From: Eledone cirrhosa
Taxonomy: Eukaryota
Assembly (NCBI GenBank): GCA_964016885.1
Contig: OZ024741.1
Span: 177,320,001-177,384,000 of the forward strand
Reading direction: 5' to 3'
DNA: 64,000 nucleotides
In this document: positions 26,364 through 39,664 of the stretch, in pieces
Numbering within the stretch: position 1 is the stretch's first letter
How the letters are laid out: each line of letters begins with the position of its first letter
Notes under the pieces: generated by a model
Database searches by the model: none
What the model was told of the DNA's origin: nothing
What the model saw: the letters and a program-made list of their open reading frames with translations, nothing else
Position numbers and translations under genes: made by a program

Positions 26364-29300
26364 TGGGCGACTGGAACGATATCATGGACACACGCTGGCA
26401 TTGTGTGGGGCTAGTGGATTGGGGAGGAGGGTGCAAAGTCTCACCAACCTGCTCAGACGTTTTGAACGCACTGACAGGTATCGACTGGTTCAACCGTATA
26501 TGCCATTGTTGACATGGACAAACCGCATCGGGTCATCCAGATCGTATCTCGATAGGGTATTCTGCAGAGAACTAGATAAGGCTAGTATAAGTTGTCCACA
26601 ATTTAAAATAGTCGACTACACAGACCACAATCTGTGATCTGTAAGAGCGACATAGACAGACTTCATAGAGAAGGACCCGGTTACTGGAATCTGAATGCGT
26701 ATTTCCCGGCGCGCAAAGCCTACAGAGACCGGATTAGAGAGTTAGTTAAGCGCGCGTTGACAGGGGCGGCCATCAACAACAGGTGGTGGTTTGCTCTGAT
26801 AGGGCAACTAAAGTAGAGTCGATTAGGTTTAGCAAAGGACTAGTGATAGAGCAAAATAGAGTAGAGGGAGAGCTAGTCAGAAAGCTAGAAGAGGCGTTTA
26901 GGACAGGCATCGCAATCCACGTGCTTACGGTGAGATTGGCACTCGACCAATTCTTCAACGCAAAACAAGAAAGCTGCCTGGTCAGAGCTAGAACGTGGGC
27001 TCTGAAACACGATGGGACGAAAGCCGTCCAATGGGCCCGGGTGGCAGAGGCGCGACGTGGCAACAAAGCCACAATTCGGTCTTTGTCTGACCAAAAGAGG
27101 CGCGTGTTGCTCGAACCGGAGCAAATGTGTGAGGCTTTTCAGCAGCTCTTTGCTGAACTGTTCGGGAGCAGCGGCGGGCTGGATCGGGTTATGAACTTCA
27201 GTGCATACCTCGATGTACTGCCTCGGCTCTCAACGACCGCAGCACAGTTTTGCGAAAAGCCAATAACACCCGGTGAAATACGGGAAGCGATGGCTAACTA
27301 CGAGATTTATGCATTTATGCCAGACTTGTTCGGTGACCTCTTGGCAGATGTCTACTTCAACTGGCAGCAGAACGGGAGCGGTGGCGTTGCTGAGCAAAGA
27401 CCCGAACAAGAGGCACGTTATCGATAGCTTCAGGCCCATAACTCTGCTGAACGCAGAGGCGTTAGCAACGAGGTTGGCGCTTGTCGTCAAGGATCTGGTG
27501 GGAAAGGCGCAGACATGCACCATTCCGGACAGATCCATACACGACAACCTCCACCTCATGCGATACATCGTTGAGAGGGTGGTTAAGGAACCTGGCGCGG
27601 ATGGGGCTCTGATCAACTTGGATCAATCCAAAGCATTCGATAGGGTCAACCATCGGTATCTGGCGGCGGTCCTCGGGGCAGCTGTTTTCCGGCCCGTTTT
27701 CAGTGGTTGGATCGGTGTGACGTACAGCGACATCTGCTCAGTTGTGAGGGTGAACGGTCACCTGTCGCAGCCGTTCAGCATCATGCACTCGGTCCGCCAT
27801 GGTTGTCCCCTCTCGTCCCTCTTGGACGTATTGGCTCTCAAGCCGTTATGCACAAACTGGGGGCGATGAGGGGCGTCCCACGCGAAGTAGGATGCGGGAA
27901 ATCCGAGTCGGCTTACGCCGACGACATCACCGTGGTGGTGTGGAGCACCAGACACGTCCAAATGCTCTGCACTGATCTCAAGGAATACGAACCGGTGACA
28001 GGAGCATGGATAAACCATAAAAAGTTGGTGGATTTACAGCTCGGCACCTGGAGAGGCAAGTCCATGCCGTCCGACAGCGTCGTGTGGCGTTGGAAGGACG
28101 GACCGGTTAAATTGCTTGGGGTCTGTTTCGGACCGGACCTTCAGATGGAGAGAAACTGGAGTGAGGTGACGAGCAGGGTGGCCTCCCTCACCCAGAAATG
28201 GGCCGAGAGGAAGCCGTCCCTGAAAGGCCGAGCGGAGGTGGCGAATGCATACATCGCATCCGTCATCTGCTACCGCCTCACCGTCGTCCCTTGCCCCAGC
28301 CCAACTCTCACCAAAATGTAGTGCCTCCTCTTCCACTTTTTGTGGAAGGGACGCGCTCCCATGGTCTGACGATCGATCTGCTGTCAACAACCGTTGCATG
28401 GAGGACTAGGCATGTCATGGCTGATGATGCTCAAACATACGCTGAGGCTATGATATCTCTGGTGCTTTCTTTACAGTGAACAGGTGTGGTCGCCGTTCAC
28501 AATGCACGTTTTCCAACAGCTCGTCTCATTGACGGAGCTGGAGTCCTGGGTCAGGTAAAGACCGAGGGATAGCGCTTGGAAACTGGAATGACTCCAAGCG
28601 CTCACCGACCTCTGTCAGGTGGGCACCAGTATCGGTAGGACATCCACATCCGCGTTCAATAGAGTATTAGTGGAAGGGAAGAGCGATGACGTTCTCGGAG
28701 AAAACTTGGGCGTCGAAGAAGATCAGCTGTTTGCTCTCTTCCGGAAAACTTTCAGCCCGGGACCTATGGATAACTTCCAGAAAACCCTGGCAGTGCTAAC
28801 GGGGAGCGTTGCCGGTTCGAGATAATCTCTACAGGGACGAAAATGCCGTCGGCCGATCGTGTCCGAGATGCGCACAGAGCGATGAAACCGTCGTGCACGC
28901 ACTCGGTAAGTGTCAGATCATTGCTGACTTGTAGAGCTATGTCGAACAGTTGCTGTCGCGTGCAGGACTGATCCGGTTATCGACTAAGTCCATTGTGCAG
29001 ATGGTCTCGCCGTCTTCCTTCTAAGAGGAAGGACAGGCAGTTTTGATCTGCCTGGTGGCCATGGCGAAAGAGATTGTGTGGTGGACAAGGTTGAAATGGT
29101 TAAAGACAGATACTTTCCTCTTCGGCGAATCCCTAATTAACTTTTACAAATTTCACTTTAAGAGGAAAATCAGGGAGGAGAGGCAAGTGCTGCCTTCTAG
29201 CAAGTTTGTTGAAAGGTGGGTGAATGTAGCGAGAATGTTCCGAGTGAACGGGACCGCTCTGAATATACGCTTGTAGTTTGAGAAATGGAAAATCTGAGAG

Positions 29301-29617
29301 GGCACTTGCCCTGGTGGTCAGGGTGGCCGTGGTCATTTGTGCGGTTTTCGGCACGAGTAACCCTCAGGAGCATATTAAAGTCACATCTGAACAGTTGGAA
29401 TGCCATAAGTGCAGTAAATTCCCCCTATTTCGGAATTTTTCATTGATTCAATATTCATTTTTATTGTTAATATATATGTTTTTATGTCTTTTTTTTCTTT
29501 TTTTATATAAATAATATAAATCTTTACAGGCACAAAACCCACATCGTACCGTCCTGTACCGTCCTGTGCCGTCTCTAATGTTTTTCTTGATGTCAGCCCT
29601 TGTGGCCAATAAAGAAA
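26364..29617 (+). mobile_element. Tx1 family B 5'-truncated copy (mid-APE to 3' end), disrupted
   Basis: Starts at GDWN; contains RPITLLN, DQSKAFDRVNH, AYADD; ends AATAAAGAA(ATT)n. Confidence 0.92.
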
Positions 29618-29644
29618 TTATTATTATTATTATTATTATTGTGA

Positions 29645-32600
29645 TTGTTCTTTGAGTCTCAGTCATTGATATTATTTAACTGGAAAGTTTGTTGAAATGA
29701 ATATCTGCAGCCTCAGATATTCAGGACGTATCGGAGGGCTCTTGCTGTTCCCAGCAAGCATGCCTTTTGAAGTGTTACAAAAAGCGGGGCGGGGCCAATT
29801 TTCTTTAACCATCCCTGGAAACTTTTTGAAATAGTACCTAGTGCGCCTATGACAATTGGGACCACTTTGACTCCATGGCAGTTCCAAATCCTTTTTGCCT
29901 CCCACTTTAAGTCCTGGTATCGGTTAATTTTCACCCTCTCCGCCTCTTGCACTCTCGTGTTGAATGGGCAGGCCACATCCACAATCAGGTACGATCTTTT
30001 TTCCTTGTCCAAAACCACCAGGTCAGGTCTATTGTGTTCCAGTTTCTTGTCCGTCTGTATCCTAAAATCCCATAGCACCTTCACCTGATCGTTTTCTATC
30101 ACCGACTCTGGCTTATGCTCATACCACTTCTCAGAATCTCATAAATTGTTTACTTTGCATAGGTGCCAGTGGATCACCCTGCCCATCACATCATGTCTCC
30201 AGCCTTTATAGTGGGTCTGGGCTAGGTGTTTACACTCGGATACAATATGAGCCACAGTCTCCTCTCTCTCTCCCCAGATCCTGCAGGCTAGCCTCCTCCT
30301 TGTAAATATGGTGTTTCAGCCACTTCGTTTTGAGGGCCTGCTCTTGCGCACCCATTAGCATTCATTCTGTAGCCTTTTTAAGGTCTCCTCTTCTCAACCA
30401 GTTCCATGTCAGTGGATCTATGAATTCCGTTTTCTCAAAGAAGGTAGTATGAAGGCATTTTTCATGAAGGCTGCTCTTTCTCCTTGTTGTTATTTCCTTC
30501 TTGGACAAGCCCTGGTCTATTGTCCTCTCCTTCAGTACAATTCTGAGAATTGGCTCCTTACTATCAGTCACATATTTGTGTAGGTTGTTTTTCTCCATCT
30601 GATAAGACCTCTTCCACCTTGTTTTTCTCTATGCTGATAAGACCTCTTCCACCTTCAGATCTCCTTAAGTAGAGTATATCGACATCACTCCTCTTGTGGG
30701 ACATGTCGTACATAGTCAATAGCTTCCTAGTCTTCCTATCCATTTCTTTTTGCTCAGCAGCATTCCATCTCAGAATTCCCGCACTGTACCTAATAATAGA
30801 CACAGCTCGGGAATTTACTGCACTTATGCCATTCCAACTGTTCAGATGTGACTTTAATATGCTCCTTATTCTCCGAATGTATTCAGATCTTATCAATTCC
30901 TTCATGCTTTTGTTCTTGGTGTCTTTAGCCTCCAGAACACCCAAATTCTTGTATCCTTCTTCAGTGTCAATTTCCTTTATCATCTCACCTGTTGGTACCT
31001 GGATTCCGTTGCTCCTGTTCAATTTACCCCTCTTCATCACAAGGACTCCACACTTACTAATACCAAATTGCATACATATATCATTGCTGAAAATACGGAC
31101 AGTGTCAACAAGCACATCCAACTCCTTCTCACTCTTCCCGAAGAGCTTAAGATCCTCCATGAAGAAGAGGTGATTGATGGTAAGCTCTCCCTTTCCCAAC
31201 TTGTATCCTACTCTCACTTTTCGCAGTATAATGGTCAGGGGCATCAGGGCAAGGACAAACAACAGAGGGGACAGACTGTAAGATACCTCTCTTGATCTTC
31301 ACGCTTCCCTAAGGATTCTCCAGCTGATGTTAACTCTGATTTCCAGACTTCATACTTTTGCTCAACAAATGTCTGATGTTATCTGCTAACTTGAAGAACT
31401 CTAGGCTTTTTGTGATCCAAGAATGAGGCACCATGTCAAATGCCTTTTTGTAGTCTATCCATCCCATGGCAAGACCAGTGTGTCTCCTCTTGCAATTCCT
31501 CATTACCATCTTATCAATAAGTAACTGGTCCTTTGTACCACGGAACTTCTTTCAGCATCATTTCTGTTCGTCCGGTAACAAGTTGTTTGTGTGGAGGTGA
31601 TGGTAGATTTCCTCAGACACAATGCTTGTCAACAGTTTCCACATTACTGACAGACATGTGATATGCCTATAGTTGGTAACATCATTACCCTTGATTCGAT
31701 CTTTCATTACCAGAACTGTGGTACCCTTTGTCAACCACTCTGGTACCTCACCTGACATCAAGCAGTCATTGAACATGGTTGTCAGTTTCGGGTGGAGGGA
31801 TGTTATATGTTTAATCCAATACCGCTGCACACCATCTGGGCCTGGTGATTTCCAGTTGGTTAGTTTTTTGGCCTAGCCCGTAAGTGTTTCAACTGTCATA
31901 CTCGAATCAGTTTGTTGGTGTGCCTGTTCACTAATCTCCTTTTGTACTGTCTCAATCCACACTGCCTGGTCATTATGTTTAACATCCTGCTCCCATATTC
32001 CTCTCCAGAATGTTTTAGTTTGTTCCGCCTCAGGGATCAAATCGTTTCCTTTTTCTTTCCCTTCAAGCTGTCCAAACAATATCTTCTGGATGTTGTCAAA
32101 CATGCGGTTCTGCCTATACTGACTGACTCTTCTCTCGTATCGCCTAATATGTGCACTCTTTGCTACAATGCGTTGCTTCAGTTCCTCTATGATAATATTT
32201 AGCTTTTTCCTCCTAGTTTTGTACTTTATTTCCAGTCTATTTTTAGTGTCTATGTTTTTTAGTGTCCCATTCAGTAGGGACTCAAGCTTTCCAATATCAT
32301 TTCTCATGTCCCTGAGTGACCATTCAGTCGTTTCTTCCACCAAGGTTCTGATGTTTCTTGTTTGTTGTGTCCTCTCGCTTTTATGCCATGTATTTTCCTC
32401 GCCGCATTTGCTGTTGCTTTGGGGATATTTTTGCACTAGTGAAGGCTCCTCGCCTCAAGGTATGGGATGACTTTGTTTACCTTAGCTGTTGTTTCTTTTA
32501 ACTTTTGCCCTTCTACAAATCTTAGGTTCATAGGTTTCCCACTATCATTGTTCATGTCATGTACCACTAAGTTTAGGATATGAACCAAATCTTGTCCTAG

Positions 32601-33170
32601 CCCGTCCGCATTCATCTCCTCAATGGCCGTACCTTTGTTCCAGGTATTATTTATTTCAGCATTCACATCATTGTCTGCTTCGGATGCTTCCCCCTTTCTC
32701 TCAACCTCTTCACCTTCATCTCCCACTGGCTCGTTTGCCTGGCATACTCCACTCTCCATTTCCAAGCTAATCTCTCTGCTGAGTTCCTCCAGTTCCAGCT
32801 CGCTTATCCACCCATTAGTCTTATTACCCGATCTTGCCCGGCCAATTTTTGTTCATCTAATTTAAATAGACCAATCTCGTTCCAGATGCTTTGCATCCGT
32901 TTCCTATAGCCTTTTTCCTTGGGGTTACTCTTAAGGTAACATTGCATAACAGTTATATTCAATTCTTTCGTCCAGTTGGTTTTGGTCGCTTTCCTTCTTC
33001 TTCTTCCTCCAACACCAGCAGTATTTGGATGACAGCCAGATCCCTGCTGCTGGGCCAGGGAGCACCTGCTGGGTGAGTGTCTGTCACATGACATTCCAGT
33101 CTCCACTTCACCGTTATTCGAACTGTTTAGGTTCGACATTTAAACACTCATATCGAGGATGGGTGAATGT
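29645..33170 (-). mobile_element. R4/Dong-like RLE non-LTR element D2, near full length, disrupted
   Basis: ORF pieces from 33139 to 29713: NWTKELN..MQCY, RT motifs, RLE RPDLVVLD..IVDVACP..KINRYQDL..PIVIGALG. Same family as D1. Confidence 0.93.
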
Positions 33171-33524
33171 ATGGTTACATAACCACCGGTGATTTCATCA
33201 CCCCCAGTGATTTGATCACCCCGGTGATTTTAGCGTGGCACTATCACGCTGTAGACGAACATGTATAAATAAACAAATAAATAGGTAAAAACCTAAACAA
33301 ATAAGCATAAGTTTCATTGTAATGTAATGTTTGAATGTCTGACTTAGTTTTTTTATTTGTTTTTCTTTTCTTTTTTCTTTTCATTACGTTTTTCGTTGCT
33401 GCTGTGCTGTTTTGATTTTGATTTTTGATTTTTTGATACCTTCCTCACTTAGTGGGAATTCTACGACCCCTCTGTCTTAGCAGGAGGTATTGGAGAGAAT
33501 AGCGGCGGTAGCGATAATGAGGCA

Positions 33525-33890
33525 GTGGTGGTGGTGGTGATGTGATCGTAGTACTGTTGTGATGGTGTTGAAGTTGAAGTAGAAATAGAAGTTGAAATAA
33601 CAGTTGGCTTGGCTATATTTTATTGTGTGGTAGTGGTGATGTGATCATTGGCTTGGCTATATTTTTTTGGTGGTGGTGGTGATGTGATCGTAGTACTGTA
33701 GTGATGGTGTTGTAGTTGAAGTAGAAATAGAAGTTGAAGTAACAGTTGGCTTGGCTAGATTTTATTGTGTGGTAGTGGTGATGTGATCGTTGGCTTGGCT
33801 ATATTTTTTTGGTGGTGGTGGTGATGTGATCGTAGTACTGTAGTGATGGTGTTGAAGTTGAAGTAGAAATAGAAGTAGAACAGTTGGCTA
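33525..33890. repeat. Tandem repeat of ~140 bp units built on GGTGGTGATGTGATCGTAGTACTG / GTTGAAGTAGAAATAGAAG
   Basis: About 2.5 visibly repeated units. Confidence 0.8.
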
Positions 33891-33912
33891 TTATTATTAT
33901 TATTATTATTAT

Positions 33913-35483
33913 TTCCAATGTGCCAATGTGGACATGGACCAAGCGAATGGGGTCATCTAGATCGTATATAGACAGGATCTTAATTAGGAAATTATATAGA
34001 AATAGTGTGGGCTGCCCACTTTTTAAAATGGTCGCCTGTACAGATCACAAATGTGTGATCTGTACGATCGACCAAGATAAAACGCGTAGGTTAGGACGGG
34101 GTTACTGGAAGCTGAACATGTCATATCCGGCACGTATGGCTTACAGGGACCGAGTCAACAATTTAGTTAAGCAAAGGTTGACAGGGTGGATCATCAACAA
34201 GAGATGGTGGGGGGCTCTCAAAAGAGAGATTAGAGTAACTTCGATAGAGTTCAGCAAAGAACTGGCGTTAGAGAAAAATAGAAAGGAGGGGGAGCTGGTA
34301 GATAAAGTTAGACGAGGCTATTTGTAGTGGCATTGCAACTGACGTGCTAGCGGCGAGAATGGCATTAGACCATTTCTTCAATGCGAAATACGAAGGTTGC
34401 ATTGTCAGAGCTAAGGCGCGGGCGCTGAGAAACGAGGAAACCAAAGCTGTTCGATGTGCCCGCGCGGCGGAGGCGCAGCGTGGTAATAAAACCACAATTC
34501 GGTCTTTGGCGGACCGAGACGGACATGAAATAAGCGATTCAAAGCGGATGTGTGAGGCCTTTCGCCAGCACTTTGCTCGGGTGTTCGGGGAGAGTGGCGA
34601 ATCAGAGAGAGTAGCGGATTTCAGTCCCTATCTGACGGCTTGCCGCGCATCTTGACGGTCGACGCTGAGCGCTGCGAAAGGCCGATTACTTCAGCCGAAA
34701 TTCAGGATGCCCTTGTCGGCTGCGTAAGGCGCAAGTCACCCGGTTTGGATGGCCTGCCCTACGAGCTTTACGTAAATATGCCAGACTTGTTCTCCGAACT
34801 CCTCCAAGCACTTTACTGCAACTGGCAGCAGAATGGGAGTTTTCCCAGTTCTGTGAGCAGGGGAGTGGTGACGCTGATAAGGACATACGAGAACAAGAGG
34901 GATACATTAGACAACTTCAAGCCCATAACTCTGCTCAACACAGAGTTTAAGATTTTGGCCAAGGTGTTAGCAAAGAGATTGGCGCTTGTCGTCGAGGATT
35001 TGGTTGGGGAGGCGCAAACTTGCGCAATCCCAGCCAGGTTCAGTCACGACAATCTCCACTTCATGCGATACATCATAGAGATTGTAGGGTGTAAACCTGG
35101 CTTCGGTGGGGCACTGATCAATTTAGATCAATCGAAAGCATTCGATAGGGTCGACCATCGGTATCTGGAGTTTGTCCTCAAAGCAGCTGGCTTCGGCCCT
35201 ATCTTCAGAAGCTAACTTGAGGAGAGTGGTCCTCTCCCTGGGTGCCCTAGAAACGCAGGGGGGTTCAGGATTGGTGGGGTACCCGAGTCACCCCAGGGTC
35301 GTCCACCCCTTATCGGGGAATTTATTTTGTTATATTTATGCATAGTTTATTTTATTTATTTATATTTTCATTGTTAAAATAGTCTTGCCATTGTGCAATT
35401 TTACTCGACCTTATTGTAAACCCCCACTGTCCCTGTCTTTGTATTGTCCCCTACATGTCGGCCCTTGTAGTTAATAAATGAAA

Positions 35484-35485
<2 letters not shown>
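33913..35485 (+). mobile_element. Tx1 family C fragment, 5'-truncated and internally deleted, between (ATT)n tracts
   Basis: NVPMWTW, GYWKLN, KSPGLDGLPYE, DQSKAFDRVDH, then an abrupt jump to the 3' UTR at ~35212. Confidence 0.88.
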
Positions 35486-35523
<38 letters not shown>

Positions 35524-35524
<1 letters not shown>

Positions 35525-38500
35525 GGCGACCTACGTAGTAAATCGTATCATCGTGAGCTCCGCAAAGGTTTGTTATTTCCGTTTGTTAAAAATTGCCATT
35601 TATGGAAAATTGTTATTGTTAACCATATATAAGCGCACATACATTGTTTTCCGAAAAGGACAACCAAAAAGATTGGGGCCTTGTACCCAAAATTTTAACT
35701 TTTATTATTATCAAAAAATTTCTTTGAAAAAAAATGGCTTATTCACCTCTGCACGAAGCAGCTGAAAGCCTTTCTCACAAATTAACACCTCACACCGACA
35801 CCACCATTGTAAATGTTACTACATTTGCCAACACAAAAAAAAATATAAGCAGTAGCAATATTTTAAATTTGTCTCAGGCAGACATTCATTTCCCGCCATT
35901 ACCAATGACTGCAGGTGTTAAAGCCTCCACCACCACCACCACCGCTACAACCACCACCCCCACCACCACTGCGACAACAGAAACAAAAGAAGAAAAAAAT
36001 AAATTAACTCGTGATGTCGAAATGAAATCAAGCAAAATGGACTCTTCCCCACCAAAGACGACTGACGTCACCACCACCACAACTGAAACTAAAATTAATA
36101 TTAACACAAATAACGATAGCAACAACAACAACAATGACATTATAAACCCCCCCTCAGTTTCGCCAGAGTAGCAAAACAGTTCGAAGCATTTACGGTAACT
36201 CAGGAGGATTTAGAAAATGCCAAACAAATGGTAAAGAAAGATGGGTACAGGGTCAGCCTCACCCCCCCCCCCACACCTAATAAAATGGAGCATCGGCGCC
36301 TATGCACCGTGTCGTATAGAACAATAAATGTAAAATCGCGCCGAGTGGAACGGGTATCCGAGTCCCAAATCCAAAAAGCTTTGGGACATGTGTGGGCAAC
36401 AAAAAACCACATCAGACGTAGGCAAAAGTATGGAACCGTGGACGTGTTCTTTGAAACACCAGAGGAGGCTAGAGAACACTCCATGGCCCCATTAAGAAGT
36501 GACGACTTCACACCCGTCCCAAGCTATTGTGGCCAGAGACTCGTAAAGATCAGGGTGACCCACGTTCCACCGGCCATCGAAATTCCCTGGCTAATAGCAG
36601 CCGTCCTCGCCGGCATCGAAGCCAACACAAAAATAATAGCAATAGCAAAAGAAAAGCAGGAGAACTGGTCCGGATCTGGGATGGAGCTCCTGATCCAAGC
36701 GGACCAAAAAAGCATTGAGGAGATCCCAGGGGTAATAGACCTCACTGACGGCAGCCACCTCACGGTAATTGTCGAGGGCAGAAGACCTAGGTGTGTCGTT
36801 TGTTGTGAAGGAACCCACCTAAGGGCTTTCTGCCCTCAGGCTAAAAGGTTGAGGCCACCTCTCCTACCCACCCCAGTGACACAACCATCAACACCACCAG
36901 TAGCAGAGATGGCAGCAACAACTGTAGCAGCAACAACAGAAGCAACTATAACAGCAACAACCCCAGCAACAGTAGCAAAACCAACACCACCACCACCACC
37001 AGCAAAACCAACACCACCACCACCCAACGCTTCAGAACTAGCACCAGCGCCTACACCATCCACCACGCCACAACCAAAACTAACGCCTGTGGAGGATTTT
37101 CCACTCCCCGGCCTATCACAACTGGAGACAGATTGTGACGACGAGGAGTGGGAAACGATATCCGGAAGAAAAAAAAAGAAACCAAAAAAGAAAAAATGAT
37201 CTTCCTTCCCCCTCCGAAAACAAAATACAGAGGGAAACAAATAAACTAAGAAACAAAAAAGTTAGGACAGATATGCCACCATCCACACCAGCATCACCAA
37301 CCCCATCAACCCAAAAACCAACACCATCACCATCATTAACTCCAACACCACCATCACCTACACCACAAAAGTCACCAAAATGCGAAACAGAAACAAACCC
37401 ACCACAAACGCAAACAAAACAAAACAACCAAAACGATACACACTACACAGCATTAAATTTGAACAACAAGCAATTATTACACTACATCCAACACAACACC
37501 AGCATCACAGAAAAAGACTACACAACAACCCCAAAATTCACACCACCTCCACACATACAAATCACTCGCATCACACAGAAAACGTACATGACACTAAAAC
37601 AAAAATTCCTCAAAGACATCGGAGACTTCCGACAAGCACTCTCCAGGAGGATTTATAAGGACATCCTTCCTGAGGAGGCCGCAAGCAGTGAAAAGGATGG
37701 AAAAACCGTCCTTCCCCTACGAGAAGTAAGGTAAGTGGTCTTTCCCATCTTTTCCACTCCTTTTCAACATGACCTCACTCAGAATAGGCAGCATAAATGC
37801 GCGTGGCTTGGGGTCGTCATGGAAGCAGGGCCACCTGCTCAACGAATTCAGGTCACTAAACATAGATGTAGTGGCCATCAGCGAGACCAGAATCTCCGAA
37901 GCACAGGCTTTCGCACCGAACTTCGGCGGCTACGATGTGTACGCATCTCCCAGCCGTCCGGGATCGGGGGGGAGGAGTTGCTGTGCTTTTTCGGAGAGGT
38001 TTGGATCTCGCCATACGGGCCATCTTCCTGGACCCAGAAGGTAAGTTGGTGGTGCTGGACGTGACCAGCGGAGACGGGCAAGCTTTCAGTTTAGTGGCCG
38101 TCTATGCCCCGACAGGAGCAGGGCGGCCTGATTTCTTCCGGCGTCTGGAGACCTTTCTTGGAACGTCCCGCTCTTTAGTGTTAGTGGGCGACTGGAACGG
38201 GATCTTAGATGCACGCTGGGATTGTGTGGGATTAGTGGATAGGGAAGGAGGGTGCAAGAGTCTCACCAACCTGCTCAGACGTTTTGAACTGTCTGACAGG
38301 TACCGAATGTACCAATGTGGACTTGGACAAATCGCATAGGGTCATCCAGATCATATCTAGATAGAGTAATTTGTAGGGAAATAGATAGGTCTAGCATAGG
38401 CTGTCCACAATTCAAGATAGTCAGCTACACGGACCACAAATTCGTGATCTGTGTGCTTGACTTAGATAGGCTTCATAGACGAGGTCCCGGCTACTGGAAG

Positions 38501-39623
38501 CTAAACGCGTCCTTACCAGCGCGCAAGGCCTACAGAGACCGGATTAGCGAACTAGTTAAGCGGGCGTTGACGTGGTCATCGTCAACAACAAGTGGTGGTT
38601 TGCTCTGAAAAATGCAATTAGAATAGAGTCCATAAGGTTTAGTAAGACTTTAGCAATAGAGAAAAATAGAGCAGAGGGAGAATTAGTTAGAAAATTAGAT
38701 GAGGCGCTTAGCAAAGGCATCGCGACCGACGTACTTGCGGCGAAATTGGCCCTTGACCTTGGCGTTCTATATGGGATTATTGGAGGGGAAGAGCGACGAC
38801 GTATTTGGAGAAACTCTAGGCGTCGACGAAAATCAACTAGCCAATCTCTTCGGAAGGACTTTCGGACCGGGGCCTATGGACTTCCAGAAATCCCTGGCCT
38901 GGCAGTGCTACCGAGGAGCTTTGCCAGTTCGGGATACACTCTACAGGCATGGTGTTGCCGTCAGCCGGGCATGTCCGAGATGCGCGCAGGGCGACGAAAC
39001 CGTCCTGCACGCACTCGTCCAGTGTCCGTGGATTGCTGACTTGTGGGTTTATGTCGAACACTTGATGTCACGTGTAGGACGGATCCAGCTATCAGCTGAG
39101 TCCATCGTGAGGATTGCCCCACCCTCTTCTTTTAGCCGGGAATGGCAGGCAGTTTTTATCTTTCTTGTGGCCATGACGAAGTGATAATATGATGGACACG
39201 TTTGAAAGGGCTGAAGACGAGCACTTACCTCTTCGATGATGCCCTGATTAACTTTTTTAAATTTCAAATCAGAGTAGAGAAGGAAGTGCTCTCTTCCCAG
39301 CATTTTGTTGAAAGATGGGTGAGAGAAGCAATAATGGCCCGAGTGAATGGGCCTACTATGAGTATGTGTCTGTAAATTAAAGGTGGAAAACTGGGAGAGG
39401 GCACATGCCCTGGTGGTCAGGGTCACCGTGGTCTTTTAATGGGCTTTCTCCACAAATGTCTCTCGGAAGTCTCCCTGCCCCCTATTGGGGAATTCTTCAT
39501 TGTTATTTTTATAACAGCCTCTGTTTTTTTTACGCGCAGAAATGCCCATGTGTACCGTCCTGTATTGTCCTGTACTGTCCTTAATGTCTACTTTATGTAA
39601 ACCCTTGTGGTTAATAAAGAAAG

Positions 39624-39624
<1 letters not shown>
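35524..39624 (+). mobile_element. Tx1 family A copy A2, both ends intact, ~1.8 kb RT deletion, flanked by (ATT)n
   Basis: ORF1 35734-37734 (CVVCCEGTHLRAFC), ORF2 from 37769, deletion junction at 38756-38758. Confidence 0.93.
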
Positions 39625-39662
<38 letters not shown>

Positions 39663-39664
<2 letters not shown>

